64,000 nt of DNA from Chrysomallon squamiferum. Its lineage: Eukaryota; Animalia; Mollusca. The translations under genes were made by a program, and so were the position numbers. Where the stretch lies: contig CM022678.1 of NCBI GenBank assembly GCA_012295275.1, positions 8,308,001 to 8,372,000 on the forward strand, in the 5' to 3' direction. How positions within the stretch are numbered: the first letter of the stretch is position 1; every line of letters starts with the position of its first letter. Under the pieces are notes generated by a model. That model had not been told where the DNA came from. It did not search any database and saw nothing but the letters and a program-made list of their open reading frames with translations. This document shows positions 43,108 through 55,247 of this stretch, one piece after another.

Positions 43108-43600
43108 ATCTGTCTGTATATTAATTCACCTATCTGTATGTCTATTGTTCCACCTATCTGTCTGTCTATTAATCCACCTATCTGTATGTCTATTATTCCA
43201 CCTATCTGTATGTCTGTTATTCCACCTATCTGTCTGTCTATTAATCCACCTATCTGTGTGTCTATTATTCCACTTATCTGTCTGCCTATTAATCTACCTA
43301 TCTGTATGTCTATTAACCCATTCATCTGTATGTATATTAACCCACCTATCTGTATGTCTATTAATCCACCTATCTGTATGTCTATTAATCCACCTATCTG
43401 TATGTATATTAATCTACCTATCTGTTTGTCTATTAATCCACCTATCTGTATGTATATTAACCCACCTATCTGTATGTCTATTAATCTACTTATCTGTATG
43501 TCTATTAACCCACCTATCTGTATGTATATTAACCCACCTATCTGTATGTATATTAACCCACCTATCTGTATGTATATTAACCCACCTATCTGTATGTCTG
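43108..43600. repeat. Minisatellite, 24-bp unit, about 20 copies
   Basis: Unit tattaa(t/c)ccacctatctgtatgt(c/a). Confidence 0.95.
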
Positions 43601-43817
43601 TATAATATAAATAATGTGTATAATATCAACATAGTACAAAATAATTCACTTTTTACAGACAACTCAAAAATGTCTGTTAACCAGAATAATAGTAAATATT
43701 AGTTGTATAAAATACTGTTCTTTTTTAAAATTACTATTAATACTGTTGTTGTTGTTCTTATTAGTATTAGTATTAGTATGAGTATTACTATTATTTTTAC
43801 TATTACTTTTATTATTA

Positions 43818-43879
<62 letters not shown>

Positions 43880-44008
43880 GTTATTATTACTGTTATTGTT
43901 ATTATTATTTTTATTATCTTATTTGTAAAAAAAAAATTCTTTTTTATATTTTTTGTATTTTTATTTTTATTTATTTATTTTATTTCATTTTATTTTTATT
44001 TTTTTCAG

Positions 44009-44330
44009 AAATTTAGTCAGATATTGAGAGAGTCACTCATAGATCATCACTAAACATCAGCATGTTTCTGTGTTGAAAGAAAAGAGAAAGTGGCTGAAAC
44101 TTGTTTCCAGAATGCAAGACAGAGAGTTCAGGTTTACGGAGGAGAATCAGAATCTTCACTCAAATGTTGATGATCATGTTTATGAGGAGATTTCTGATCT
44201 ACATTGTCAGCGTCATGAGGAATTAGGTTATAACTTGCCAGAACATGTTTCACTAAAACACAAACACAGCAGAACGTGTTTCACTGAAACACAAACACAG
44301 CAGAACATTCAGTAATTATTTAAATAAAAA
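44009..44330 (+). other. Probable terminal exon of an unidentified gene or pseudogene, with an HVYEEI motif
   Basis: A polypyrimidine tract and cag acceptor end at 44008. The sequence is non-repetitive with an open frame ...NVDDHVYEEISDL..., a stop at 44313-44315 and AATAAA at 44323-44328. Confidence 0.45.
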
Positions 44331-44534
44331 TATATGTTTATGAAATGTTTTTGTTATATTTATATTATGTCTATATTATGTCTATATATAACGAACTTCA
44401 GATGGGTATCCGTTTTATTAAACGTAACGTGATATTTTACTTTGCTAATTCTAAATCGTATAATAGAAAGGTGTAATTTTACTGAACTTAAATATTATAT
44501 ACACTACAGAAAATACTGATAACCACAGTTAATC

Positions 44535-44597
44535 TAACGCCATGTAGAATTATCAAAGATATACATGGCGTATAAATGATAATTCTACATGGCGTTA
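44535..44597. repeat. Perfect 21-bp inverted repeat with a 21-bp spacer
   Basis: taacgccatgtagaattatca (44535-44555) and tgataattctacatggcgtta (44577-44597). Confidence 0.95.
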
Positions 44598-45544
44598 TGA
44601 AAATAAGCCGCTTAATTACTTATAAAAAGAAAATGATGAGAAATAATTATGATCTGCGATATTTACAGTTTGAAGGTTACGTATGTTGAGAAATGTTTAT
44701 CTCATATTTTATTAATATCGTATATTTATATCAGGTTATAATCTGTAATAATCTATAATAATCTATATAACATTACATTCATTAAAAGGTGTACATCAGC
44801 GCAAGTTCTATAGTGTAATATACTTTACATTTCTTATTATACCTGAAGTTCTCTTATTACATTAGATATTAATATAACCGCTCCACTAATAATAATCTAT
44901 ATAACAATGAAGCAGACACCGTAGTCGTCAAAGTCCTCCAGCTGTCAACAGCTAACAACTAGAACAACACCCTAATATTTTTATTTTTTATTTTGTTTTT
45001 ATTTTTCTGAAAAACAGAAGCTTCCTACATATGTCTGACGCTATTCTGTTAGTTTCATTAGAACTGTTCTGAATTTCCTCTAACATTCTAAGACTATTGT
45101 GAGAAAATAGCTAAAATGCGCTTAAACATTATTTTTACAATAGAATAATATCAGCTCACAACATTTATTGTTTCCAAAGATAATAACACACAAACACAGA
45201 AAAATATATATTATCTCTTCTGCATCAGCTGTCATATTCACATCCCGCTCTGGCTCAATAAAAGTACAACAACTAAATGGAAGGGGAGAAGTGATCACTG
45301 GATCAACATTCTCACTTACAGTTTACAAAACTGGTTCTCATTATCGGGGAGATGTTTAGGAGAATTTAATGCTGTTTTACGGCTACGTTCTGTGTTGTCT
45401 GGAAGATCATCAAACTGGGTTTGATGTTAGCTGTGGACATTTTTCTGATAAGCAATTAGTCACATTTCTGACTGAAATATTTAAACAGTATTAAAATAAC
45501 AATTTATATTACAAACAGATTTCTTAATACGAGAAATAATTATG

Positions 45545-45815
45545 CAGGACTGAAATGGCCAGTTGCCAGGTCACCAAATGTGACCAAAGTTCCGTTTAGG
45601 CGACTGGGATTTTAGAAATATTATGGTTAGTCGCCCCAAAAAATATTATTTGGGTCACCTGTTTTTTCTATAAGTTATAACACAAGACAATACTTTTATA
45701 ATAATTGTATCTCAGATATTTATTTCACATAAAACGATTGCCCATTGTTCTATAAGTTGGACGTGTCGGCTTGTCTTATTTGCCAACATCTATTCATAAA
45801 CACTACGTTAAAGGA
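45545..45815. mobile_element. Copy of the dispersed MITE-like family also seen at 13190-13400, 20001-20070 and 46435-46560
   Basis: Shared motifs ccaaagttccgtttaggcgactggg and atttgccaacatc, inverted relative to the copy at 13.2 kb. Confidence 0.55.
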
Positions 45816-46285
45816 TTATCGGTTGGTTAACGGAACAAAGTATTATAGTCGAACATTGTAACTAATTGTTTGCTATTATTTTTCCTTTTCAATTCCTCCT
45901 TTAATTGGCTAAAGTGAAGCCAACGAACAAATTTAGCGAACTTTTAGAGCGTTACGTAAACAATTTTCGGTTGGTTAACGGAAACACGTTATCATGGAAG
46001 ATAACTCTATAACATTGCATTTCCAGTTGTTTTTCGTTTTCAATTCCGGTAGGATTACTTACCCGGAATAAAAAATAAATAAAAATAAAATAAAATAAAA
46101 AATAAAATAAAGAAAGCAATAAAGAAAAAATACTAAAAAGAAAAGTTGAACGGCTGCATATTTTATAGAGGAAAGTCATTGATTTTCTTATTTTTGTCAC
46201 ACGCTAAACTTTACTCACTGTCATTTCACGTTGCTTTCCTTTAATTTTTATTTCTTTTGAAAAATCCAAGCGTTTAATACTATAA

Positions 46286-46330
<45 letters not shown>

Positions 46331-47027
46331 TTTTGTCAGGGTTTCATTGAAAATGTCTTACCAGCTTATTTGTATAACTAGGACTAAAGTTTTGTGGCTA
46401 TTTTAATTAATAAAGAATTTTTGTATTTCATTTTAGATGTTGACAAATTAAGGTAAGCCGACATTTCAATTTATCGAACTACGAACAAACCTTTCACGTG
46501 AAATAAATATTTGCTATAAAATTATTAATTGTGGCTCTTGTTTTATAACTTATAGAAAAAGTAAGTTCTTCTAGATTAATATTATTTATTCATGTTAGAG
46601 ACAGTTGTAGAATTATATTTGGAAATCAGAATATTTTAAATGTTAAATCAATTGTAATATATTTTATCTGGATAAATAAGACTCATTAAAATGATTTTTT
46701 GTAAAAAAAAAAAAGTGTTATCATCTGAATTAAGGCAGTTATTTCAAATAATTTACCATTGTATATGTATTATAAGAAATCAGATTTTTTGTTTTTGTTT
46801 TGCTGCTGAAAAAGATATGATACTTCTGGGAGTTCTTCAAAGCACTCCAGTGAAGCAGAGAGAAGTTGTATGGGTTTCTTCATTAGTATTTTTCCTATTT
46901 AAGCAGCAGTTAATTTGTAATTCCTCCTTCATTTTTATAGAGGACATTTGAATGTATGTGTGTGTGTGTGTGTGTGTGTATTGGGGGTTACTGTTGTCTG
47001 CTTATATCTTATATTGCTTTTTTACAG

Positions 47028-47598
47028 CATTAGTCAGAACAAACTGACAGCACTGCAGACTGAATGGGGTAACTCCGAGAGAGAAAAGAAATCTGGCAGA
47101 AGAAAATTAATTCACCTGCTTTACATGGGAAGTCAGAGAAAGGATAGTTCAGTTTCTGCAGCATTTTCTCAAGATGATGACTAATTTTGCTTAGGTGAGT
47201 CCCAGGATTCAAAGGGAGTGATTTGAAAATCTTTCTGCATATGAGACTAAATCTTCACTTTGGAGTGGGTATCAACAGACTGCTATTGCTCAAGGTAAGA
47301 ATTCATTTGAATAATGTGTAATTTTTATATATTAAGTGATATAATTTTTAGGATATTATATTAATTCTTAGATTAATTGATTTTATATTGTATGTTTTTT
47401 TGTTTGTTATTTAAAATTTTGTTTTCATTTTTATTTTTAAGAAAAAGCTAACTGTCTTCTTCAATTTGACTTGTCAGTACAGAAAGTTCACATTCCAAAC
47501 AGCCCACTCCAGCCTGAACCAGTTTACTTCCTTGTGTGAAGAAAATGTGGAACTTTTAAAGTATGTTCTGAAGTTCTGTGTTAGAAATCTATCAGCTG
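47028..47598 (+). other. Exon-like segments (47028-47194 or 47294, and 47478-47598) of an unidentified, probably decayed gene
   Basis: Canonical acceptors (tttacag, ttgtcag) and donors (gtgagt, gtaaga) bound higher-complexity sequence. The second segment is open (YRKFTFQTAHSSLNQFTSLCEENVELLKYVLKFCVRNLSA); the first contains stops. Confidence 0.35.
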
Positions 47599-49283
47599 GT
47601 GAGTCAGTTAATCTGTTAATTAATTAATTTATATAATTACTTTGTATTGATGTATTTGCTTTTTGTTTTGTTTGTTATTGTGTATGTTATTTATTTATTT
47701 TTTTTAACCTATGTGTCTGTGCTGTTTTATGTTATGTTTTTGAATTTATTTAGTCAAACATTTGTGTCTATTTATTTGTTTGAATTAAAGTTTGGCTCTC
47801 AGTTTTTCACTGTTGCTATCCAGATGTTTTGAGTGTAAATTCAGTTTTTAATTCACTGAATGTTTGATGTAGCATTAGGTGGTCACTGGAAAAATGTGGA
47901 CAGAGAAATCAGTAATGTTTCATGGTTTCAGAAATTCCACAGCTAAAGTTTGGTTTTGTGTTTATTTTGTGTTTGAATTTCATTGTGTTTAATTTGGTGG
48001 ACTAGCTGGTTCTGAGTCTGGTAAGGTTTTTATGTAGTTTGTTACTAAAATGATTTTGGGTTTTAATGATGAAAGGTGTAAATAATTTCTATTTTATTTG
48101 TTTACTATTTGCTGGTTGCAACATTCACTCACTCCAGTCTCCATTTCAATATGGCTGACTGTTGTTTAAAAATTAGATTGTAGTGAAAGATGAGTTTTAA
48201 AGGGTTGATCAGGGCCTAGATCCTTCATGAGATGTTTATTACTGAGAGTGGATTTTAACACAGTATTTTAGTGTGTGTAGGTTTTTGTCTGAATTTTAAT
48301 GGTTGTATGTTTTATTCTAACACGAGACTGTCAGGCAGTGTGATGCTTGCTAAAAGTTTTACAAGATGTGATTATCTTCTGTATGTGGCATCCAAAGTTG
48401 GCTGTCGAATGTGACTACTAAAAATTTGAATGATTTTCTTTGTTATTAAATGGTTATCTATTTTTAGTGTTATTTTCCTGTATCTTTCTTTCTTGTTTTC
48501 TTTTACTTTATTAGAGAGGAGATGTGCTAAGTGAAATCTTTATCTCTCAGTTTAAAGTCAGTCAGTCATTCAAGTTGTTTATGTTTGTTAGTATTTGGTT
48601 GTTTAGAGATTTGCCTGCACACCAGAAATCTATGAAAACTATTTACTTTTTGTTTTATTTACTGAATGGAATTTAGTAAACTGTTGTAGTGTTTTGTTAT
48701 TTACTTGTTAAATTGTTTTTGTTTAAGTGTTTGTTCAGGTGTGTTTTGCCAGTGTGTCAAGGGTTTTACCTGTGTGATGTTAGTGTAACTGGTCTGTAGT
48801 TGATTGGTAGTGAATGGTATTTGTAAGGTTTATGCAAGTTTCCAGTCTGTTGATATCTTTCCTGTTTACAAGTATTATTACTAATGTTTTTGACTATTTT
48901 ATATTTTTCAAGTATGATTTTTGTTTAGATTTTCCTTGGATTTCTTTTTTTATGTTGTCTTCTGTATTTATTTATTTCCAATAAGTTCAGTTCACCACTC
49001 AATGGATATTTTGTTACTGCAGTTTTTGGTTTTAGGTTTGTGTTTAGTGACAGCTGAGTCTATCATGTTGGTAAGTGAAGTGCAGTATGTGTCAGTGTTG
49101 ATTTTTATTTTAATATTTGTCCATGCTTTGTAGAATCCTTCCTAGTCTGCTTTGGTGAAATTTCATTTGGATGTAAATATTGAGTTGTTGGAGAAGGTTT
49201 TCTTGCTATTGTAATTTGTTATTATAGAGTGGTGGTCACAATTCAACTCATTTAGAACTTCCCATTGACTCAGTGCTGCAGTG

Positions 49284-49682
49284 GGTTTGCTGTTAAATCA
49301 GTGGTGAAGGTGAATGAGCTGTCACTGTTGTTGTGGCAGGTTTGCTGTTAAATCAGTGGTGAAGGTGAATGAGCTGTCACTGTTGTTATGGCAGGTTTGC
49401 TGTTAAATCAGTGGTGAAGGTGAATGAGCTGACACTGTTGTTATGGCAGGTTTGCTGTTAAATCAGTGGTGAAGGTGAATGAGCTGTCACTGTTGTTATG
49501 GCAGGTTTGCTGTTAAATCAGTGGTGAAGGTGAATGAGCTGTCACTGTTGTTATGGCAGGTTTGCTGTTAAATCAGTGGTGAAGGTGAATGAGCTGACAC
49601 TGTTGTTATGGCAGGTTTGATGTTAAATCAGTGGTGAAGGTGAATGAGCTGTCACTGTTGTTGTGGCAGGTTTGCTGTTAAA
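49284..49682. repeat. Minisatellite, 55-bp unit, about 7 copies
   Basis: Unit ggtttgctgttaaatcagtggtgaaggtgaatgagctgtcactgttgttatggca. Confidence 0.97.
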
Positions 49683-49894
49683 GGTAAGTGTGGTCCAGTA
49701 GGTTGTTTTTTCCAGGTTGTTCTTTTTTTTAAGAGGTCTGATTGTTATTTTTCAGGATTATGAAGTGTATTTTCTTGTTTTTCAAGATTAGTGAATTGTC
49801 TTAAACCAAACCCAGTTTTAATGAATTAAAGGTGTAGATTGTAGACTAGAATTTTTACTGTTATTTCTTGTTTTTAATATTTTGTTCATTATTA

Positions 49895-49927
<33 letters not shown>

Positions 49928-51414
49928 AACAAATACTGTGAAAAGAGCTAATAATTTTCATCTGTTTTGCCTATATATTTGCAAGATAATATTTATCTAA
50001 TTTGGTTAAAATGTACTTAGCATGTTAAGCAGAGTTAACTTTTGATAAAAGTCAAGTATTTTCTGCTTTTCTCTTTCTATTTCCTTAAAATCCACTTCTT
50101 CATTATAAATGTATTTACTCAAAAAAAACAGATTATCCCAGTTAGAAAACCAAAAATGAAAAAACCTTAATTGAAATATATTTGTATATTTTAATAATAA
50201 AAACAAAAGTTGGTAATTAATAAAATATTATCAGTGTTACCTAAAAATTTGTATGACTTATTCTGCACTGATTTTATTCATGGTAATACATGATCTTTTA
50301 TCATTTATAATTATGTAAAATATGTAAATAATTAATCTTGGTAATTAATAAAATAGAATGATATCAAATTTTGCTTAAAAATTTGTTTTTAATATTCTGC
50401 ATTGATTTTATTCATGATAATACATGGTTTTAAATAGTCAATCAGTCAGTCAAGCAACGTGGGTATGTCTGTCTGTCATTATGTCTGTCTATTAGAGAAC
50501 CTTCAACAACATAATAAAATATTTTACAGGTCACAGGAAATCTGATCAGCAGCTGTAAACATATTTTTATTTATTTTATTTTTTTTTTTCAGTTTTATCA
50601 AGAGTAATTGTTTTCATTTTAACAAACATTATTTACATTTTTTAGTTTAAAATGTGAAGTTATACTGCTTTATAATTATTCTGTAAAGATTGAAGAATCT
50701 GAATTAGTAAGCAGTTATTTTTGCAGGATTCTTCATTTTACCCTTTATTTTTTTTAAATTATTTAATGATAAATGTAATATGAAACACTAAAAATGATAA
50801 ATGTTGTTTGAATTATTTGTGATAAATATATTATGAATACTTAATTATAAATCTAATTAAAAATTGTGATAAACATAATATATGCAATAATAAGAGCTGA
50901 TATAGTATACCAGGAAAAATACATTTAGAGCAGTGAACTGGCTTTGATGAATTCTGTTCTAACAGAGCTGCTAGTTGTTTTAAGTTTTCATTGTCCTACA
51001 ATAAAATAATTACACATAAATATAAAAAAACATATAACTTTTATGAGTAAATTCCTGTTATTAGAAAATATTCAGAAAAAAACAAAAAACAAAACAAACT
51101 GAACAAAAAGGAGTCAATGGATTTATGTGCTAATTTTTTTGTCAAACTTGAAAAAACTAAATCTAAAATATATGTGTATGTGTTTGTTTATATATATATA
51201 TATAGATAGATAGATAGATATGTATGTGTGTGTGTGTATGTATGTATGTATGTTTGTATGTTTATATGTATGTATGTATGTTTATATGTATATATGTGTG
51301 TATGTTTGTATATTTATATGTTGTTATGTATGTATGTATGTATGTTTGTATGTGTGTTGTTAGCACTCTATATGTCTCTGTGACTGTCTGTATGCCTGTT
51401 ATCTATATGTCTTC

Positions 51415-52120
51415 CTCTCTGTCAGTCTATCTCACTAATTATATATCCATCTCATTACACACATCTCTCTGTATTTGTCTCTCTATCTCACTAATTATAT
51501 ATACATCTCATTATACACATATCTCTGTATATCTGTCAGTCTATCTTGCTAATTATATATCCATCTCATTATACACATAGCTGTATCTCTGTCAGTCTAT
51601 CTTGCTAATTATATATCCATCTCATTATACACATATCTCTGTATATCTGTCAGTCTATCTCACTAATTATATATCCATCTCATTATACACATCTCTCTGT
51701 ATGTCTGTCTCTGTGTCTGTCAGTCTATCTCACTAATTATATATCCATCTCATTATACACATCCCTCTGTATGTCTGTCTCTGTGTCTGTCAGTCTATCT
51801 CACTAATTATATATTCATCTCATTATACACATATCTCTGAGTCTGTCTCTGTATCTGTCTATCTCACTAATTATATATCCATCTCATTATACACATAGCT
51901 GTATATCTGTCAGTCTATCTTGCTAATTATATATCCATCTCATTATACACATATCTCTGTATATCTGTCAGTCTATCTCACTAATTATATATCCATCTCA
52001 TTATACATATCTCTCTGTATGTCTGTCTCTGTGTCTGTCAGTCTATCTCGCTAATTATATATCCATCTCATTATACACATCTCTCTGTATGTCTATCTCT
52101 GTATCTGTCTGTCTATCAAA
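51415..52120. repeat. Variable-length minisatellite (about 50-70 bp units)
   Basis: The core ctatct(c/t)(a/g)ctaattatatatccatctcattatacacat repeats about 12 times with variable tctg spacers. Confidence 0.92.
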
Positions 52121-52719
52121 CTTCCAGTCTATCTTTTCATCTATCTCTCAGAAATACATACACTCTTCTTGCACACACATTATACATATATACCCATTTT
52201 CTCTCAATAATAAGAAAACACATATTCACACACATACATACATACCATGTCTAACACACTTAGCTAGATGACTGTGACAGTGTAGGAGGGAGACAGGCAA
52301 ATACAGATGGTCAAGGAAGGACGAAGTTGTCTTTGTCCTCCCAGTACTGGTCAGTTGTATTTGACAATATGTTTAGTTTTGAAAAATGTACATTCACTTT
52401 AGTGTGAACACTGTCAGTGTATATTAACAGAGAGTCACATTTTGTTGGATTGTTCTTATTTATGATCATCTAAACATCAGCTTTTTCAAACTACGGGCTT
52501 ATCTTGATTCTTTTATCACTTTATTCTATATACATAATGAACTGCTTCTAAGTTAGTTCTCAGTAGACATGGATTTCCCTCAACATGCAATGGTGTTTAT
52601 AGTATTTTTATTTTAAAGAGTAATTACTGCTATTTAGAGGTTGTTTAAAAAAAAGAACAAATACTGAGAGGGAAACAGGGAGTAAAATACTGATTTGCTT
52701 TCACAGTCATCACACAAAT

Positions 52720-52789
<70 letters not shown>

Positions 52790-54309
52790 TCGACACAAAA
52801 TACACAAATAGTTGAATATGTACTATTACTGTAATACATATTCACATACACACACTCATATACCACAATGTTTTAGAATAGTCATGTATATTCATACAGA
52901 CACACACACCAGCAATAACATGTATACATACATGATTCATCATATATAAATATATATATATAACACAAACACATACATGTACACATACATGTAACTTTGT
53001 TATCTTATGTCTGAAACCAGTTATACCCTTTTATATCAATACAAATATCACACACACACACACACACACAGACAGACACTGGATGTGTCCAGACTAACGT
53101 CCCTTGTGTTATTAACATAACTAGATTAGAGATGAGGTTCCTAGAATAAAAGTGCTATAATAGAAATGGGATATCTCAAGTTGAAAGTACAATCATCAAT
53201 GTTAAAATAACAAAATAAAATAAAACATTTTTATCATTTATTCTCAAGTTAATTTATTCATTAATAATAATATCGAAGTCGATTTTGTATCTGTGATTAT
53301 ACATTGCGGTTCCCTAAACAAGAGACGTAATTAATATGGCGTGGATAACGGAATACCACGTTAAACTTTTCGTCTATGTTTAATAACTCAAAAATGTATT
53401 GAGTATAAGTATGCTGATTATTTCTCCAAAGTCAGGTATAGTCCATGAGTAAATATCATTTTAATCTATAGTGATTGTTTTAATGAACATTTTAGTCTGT
53501 AATGTAATATCTTTTGTGATGGTCTATGAAATAAAAGGATAAGCTTACAGTTGATATTATTATATTCAGTGGTGCAGCTATTAGAGAAGAATATCAATGA
53601 TAACAAAATTGTAAATTGTTTTCACTATAAACTGTTTTGACGATATTAAAGTTCTACCAACTCGTGATGGGTAACCCGTGTTTTTCTCACTGAATCCAGT
53701 TTATTCTACAAAGTAAATTCCGTCTCTGAATTTCACGTTATTAAAAATTGTTTAATTAATTAATTATTACTTTTTCATGATTCTAAATATATAATTCTAT
53801 AAAATTATTTTATTGTTAAACTTTTCGTTAATTTGGTTATTGCTTTAATTCGAGGTGAATTTAGTGTATTTTTTAAATAAGTAAGTATATAATTAAATAA
53901 ATAAATAAATAAATAAAGGAAGAGAAACTATGTTTATAAATTAATTTTTCAGTGTTCATTTAAAAAATACTTGTATATCAGCTTTTCAGTGTCTATTTAA
54001 AATTTTAAAAATTACTAATATTTCCTCTTTCTGAAATTTAAAATTCTATAAAATTATTTTATCATGGATGTGCGTTTCTGCAACATGTTATTAACAAATG
54101 GAAATTATCAATGAAATCCTATTTTTCTGTATACTGTAGGTAACTAAATTTAACATAACAAACATTATTTTCTTCATTATTTGTTATTATTCATAAAATG
54201 TTTATTGTTGGGAAACAAACGTATACTTTATTGTGTTATTCTTACATCAAAGACCAATGATTTTAATACTGACAGTCAAATGGGTTCAATGCTTTCTTAC
54301 ATCTGTTCA

Positions 54310-54782
54310 TTGTAGGGATTAGTGGTTGAGTTATTGTTACATCAAAGACAGGTTAGATGGTAGGGATTAGAGGTAATGTTATTGTTACATCAGAGACAGG
54401 TTAGATGGTAGGGATTAGAGGTACTGTTATTGTTACATCAAAGACAAGTTATATGGTAGGGATTAGAGGTACTGTTATTGTTACATCAAAGACAAGTTAG
54501 ATGGTAGGGATTAGAGGTACTGTTATTGTTACATCAAAGACAAGTTATATGGTAGGGATTAGAGGTACTGTTATTGTTACGTCAAAGACCAGTTATATGG
54601 TAGGGATTAGAGGTACTGTTATTGTTACGTCAAAGATCAGCTATATGGTAGGGATTAGAGGTACTGTTATTGTTACATCAAAGACAAGTTATATGGTAGG
54701 GATTAGAGGTACTGTTATTGTTACATCAAAGACAAGTTATATGGTAGGGATTAGAGGCACTGTTATTGTTACATCAAAGACA
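54310..54782. repeat. Minisatellite, 48-bp unit, about 10 copies
   Basis: Unit atggtagggattagaggtactgttattgttacatcaaagacaagttat. Confidence 0.96.
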
Positions 54783-55247
54783 CAAGGAACTGGGGTGTAG
54801 GCATCAAGTCTACATACATACATTACAACTGTATTTCTGTCTGTCCATCTACAAACACACTCTGTCTATAAAACCTTATTTAGTTTCTCTCTCAGTCCAA
54901 ATTATCACTGTACCTTCTCTTTCTGTCTGTGTATCTTCCTCTCTATCAGTTTATCTATGGTCTGTCTGTCTATCTATCTGTATTTTATTATTCCATTTTC
55001 TTACTACCTGCCTAACTATGACTACTTGTCAACCTTCTGACTGTTTTTCATGCAGTCTGTATAATCAGCTGTCTTTCTATCCATTTGTGCATCTGTTACT
55101 GGATATTTTTTAAATTTATTATTAAAGTTAAAAACCCTCAAATTTTCAATATACAATGAGCTTCTTTTTAAAGTACCTCTCACATTTAATTATCTTGTAT
55201 ACATTTATACCTTCACCCTAATACATTTATTTAAAAAGGGCACTTAC

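Noticed and set aside
43006-44053. Long hydrophobic ORFs (PPICMSIN, HLSVCLLI, poly-I/L)
   Set aside because: They are translations of the 24-bp minisatellite and (TTA)n tracts.
54501-54800. Repeat ORF MVGIRGTVIVTSKTSY, and likewise MISYYLINSYMLQ at 27337-27627
   Set aside because: They are open only because the unit length is a multiple of 3. Adjacent units contain stops and there is no splice or domain support.
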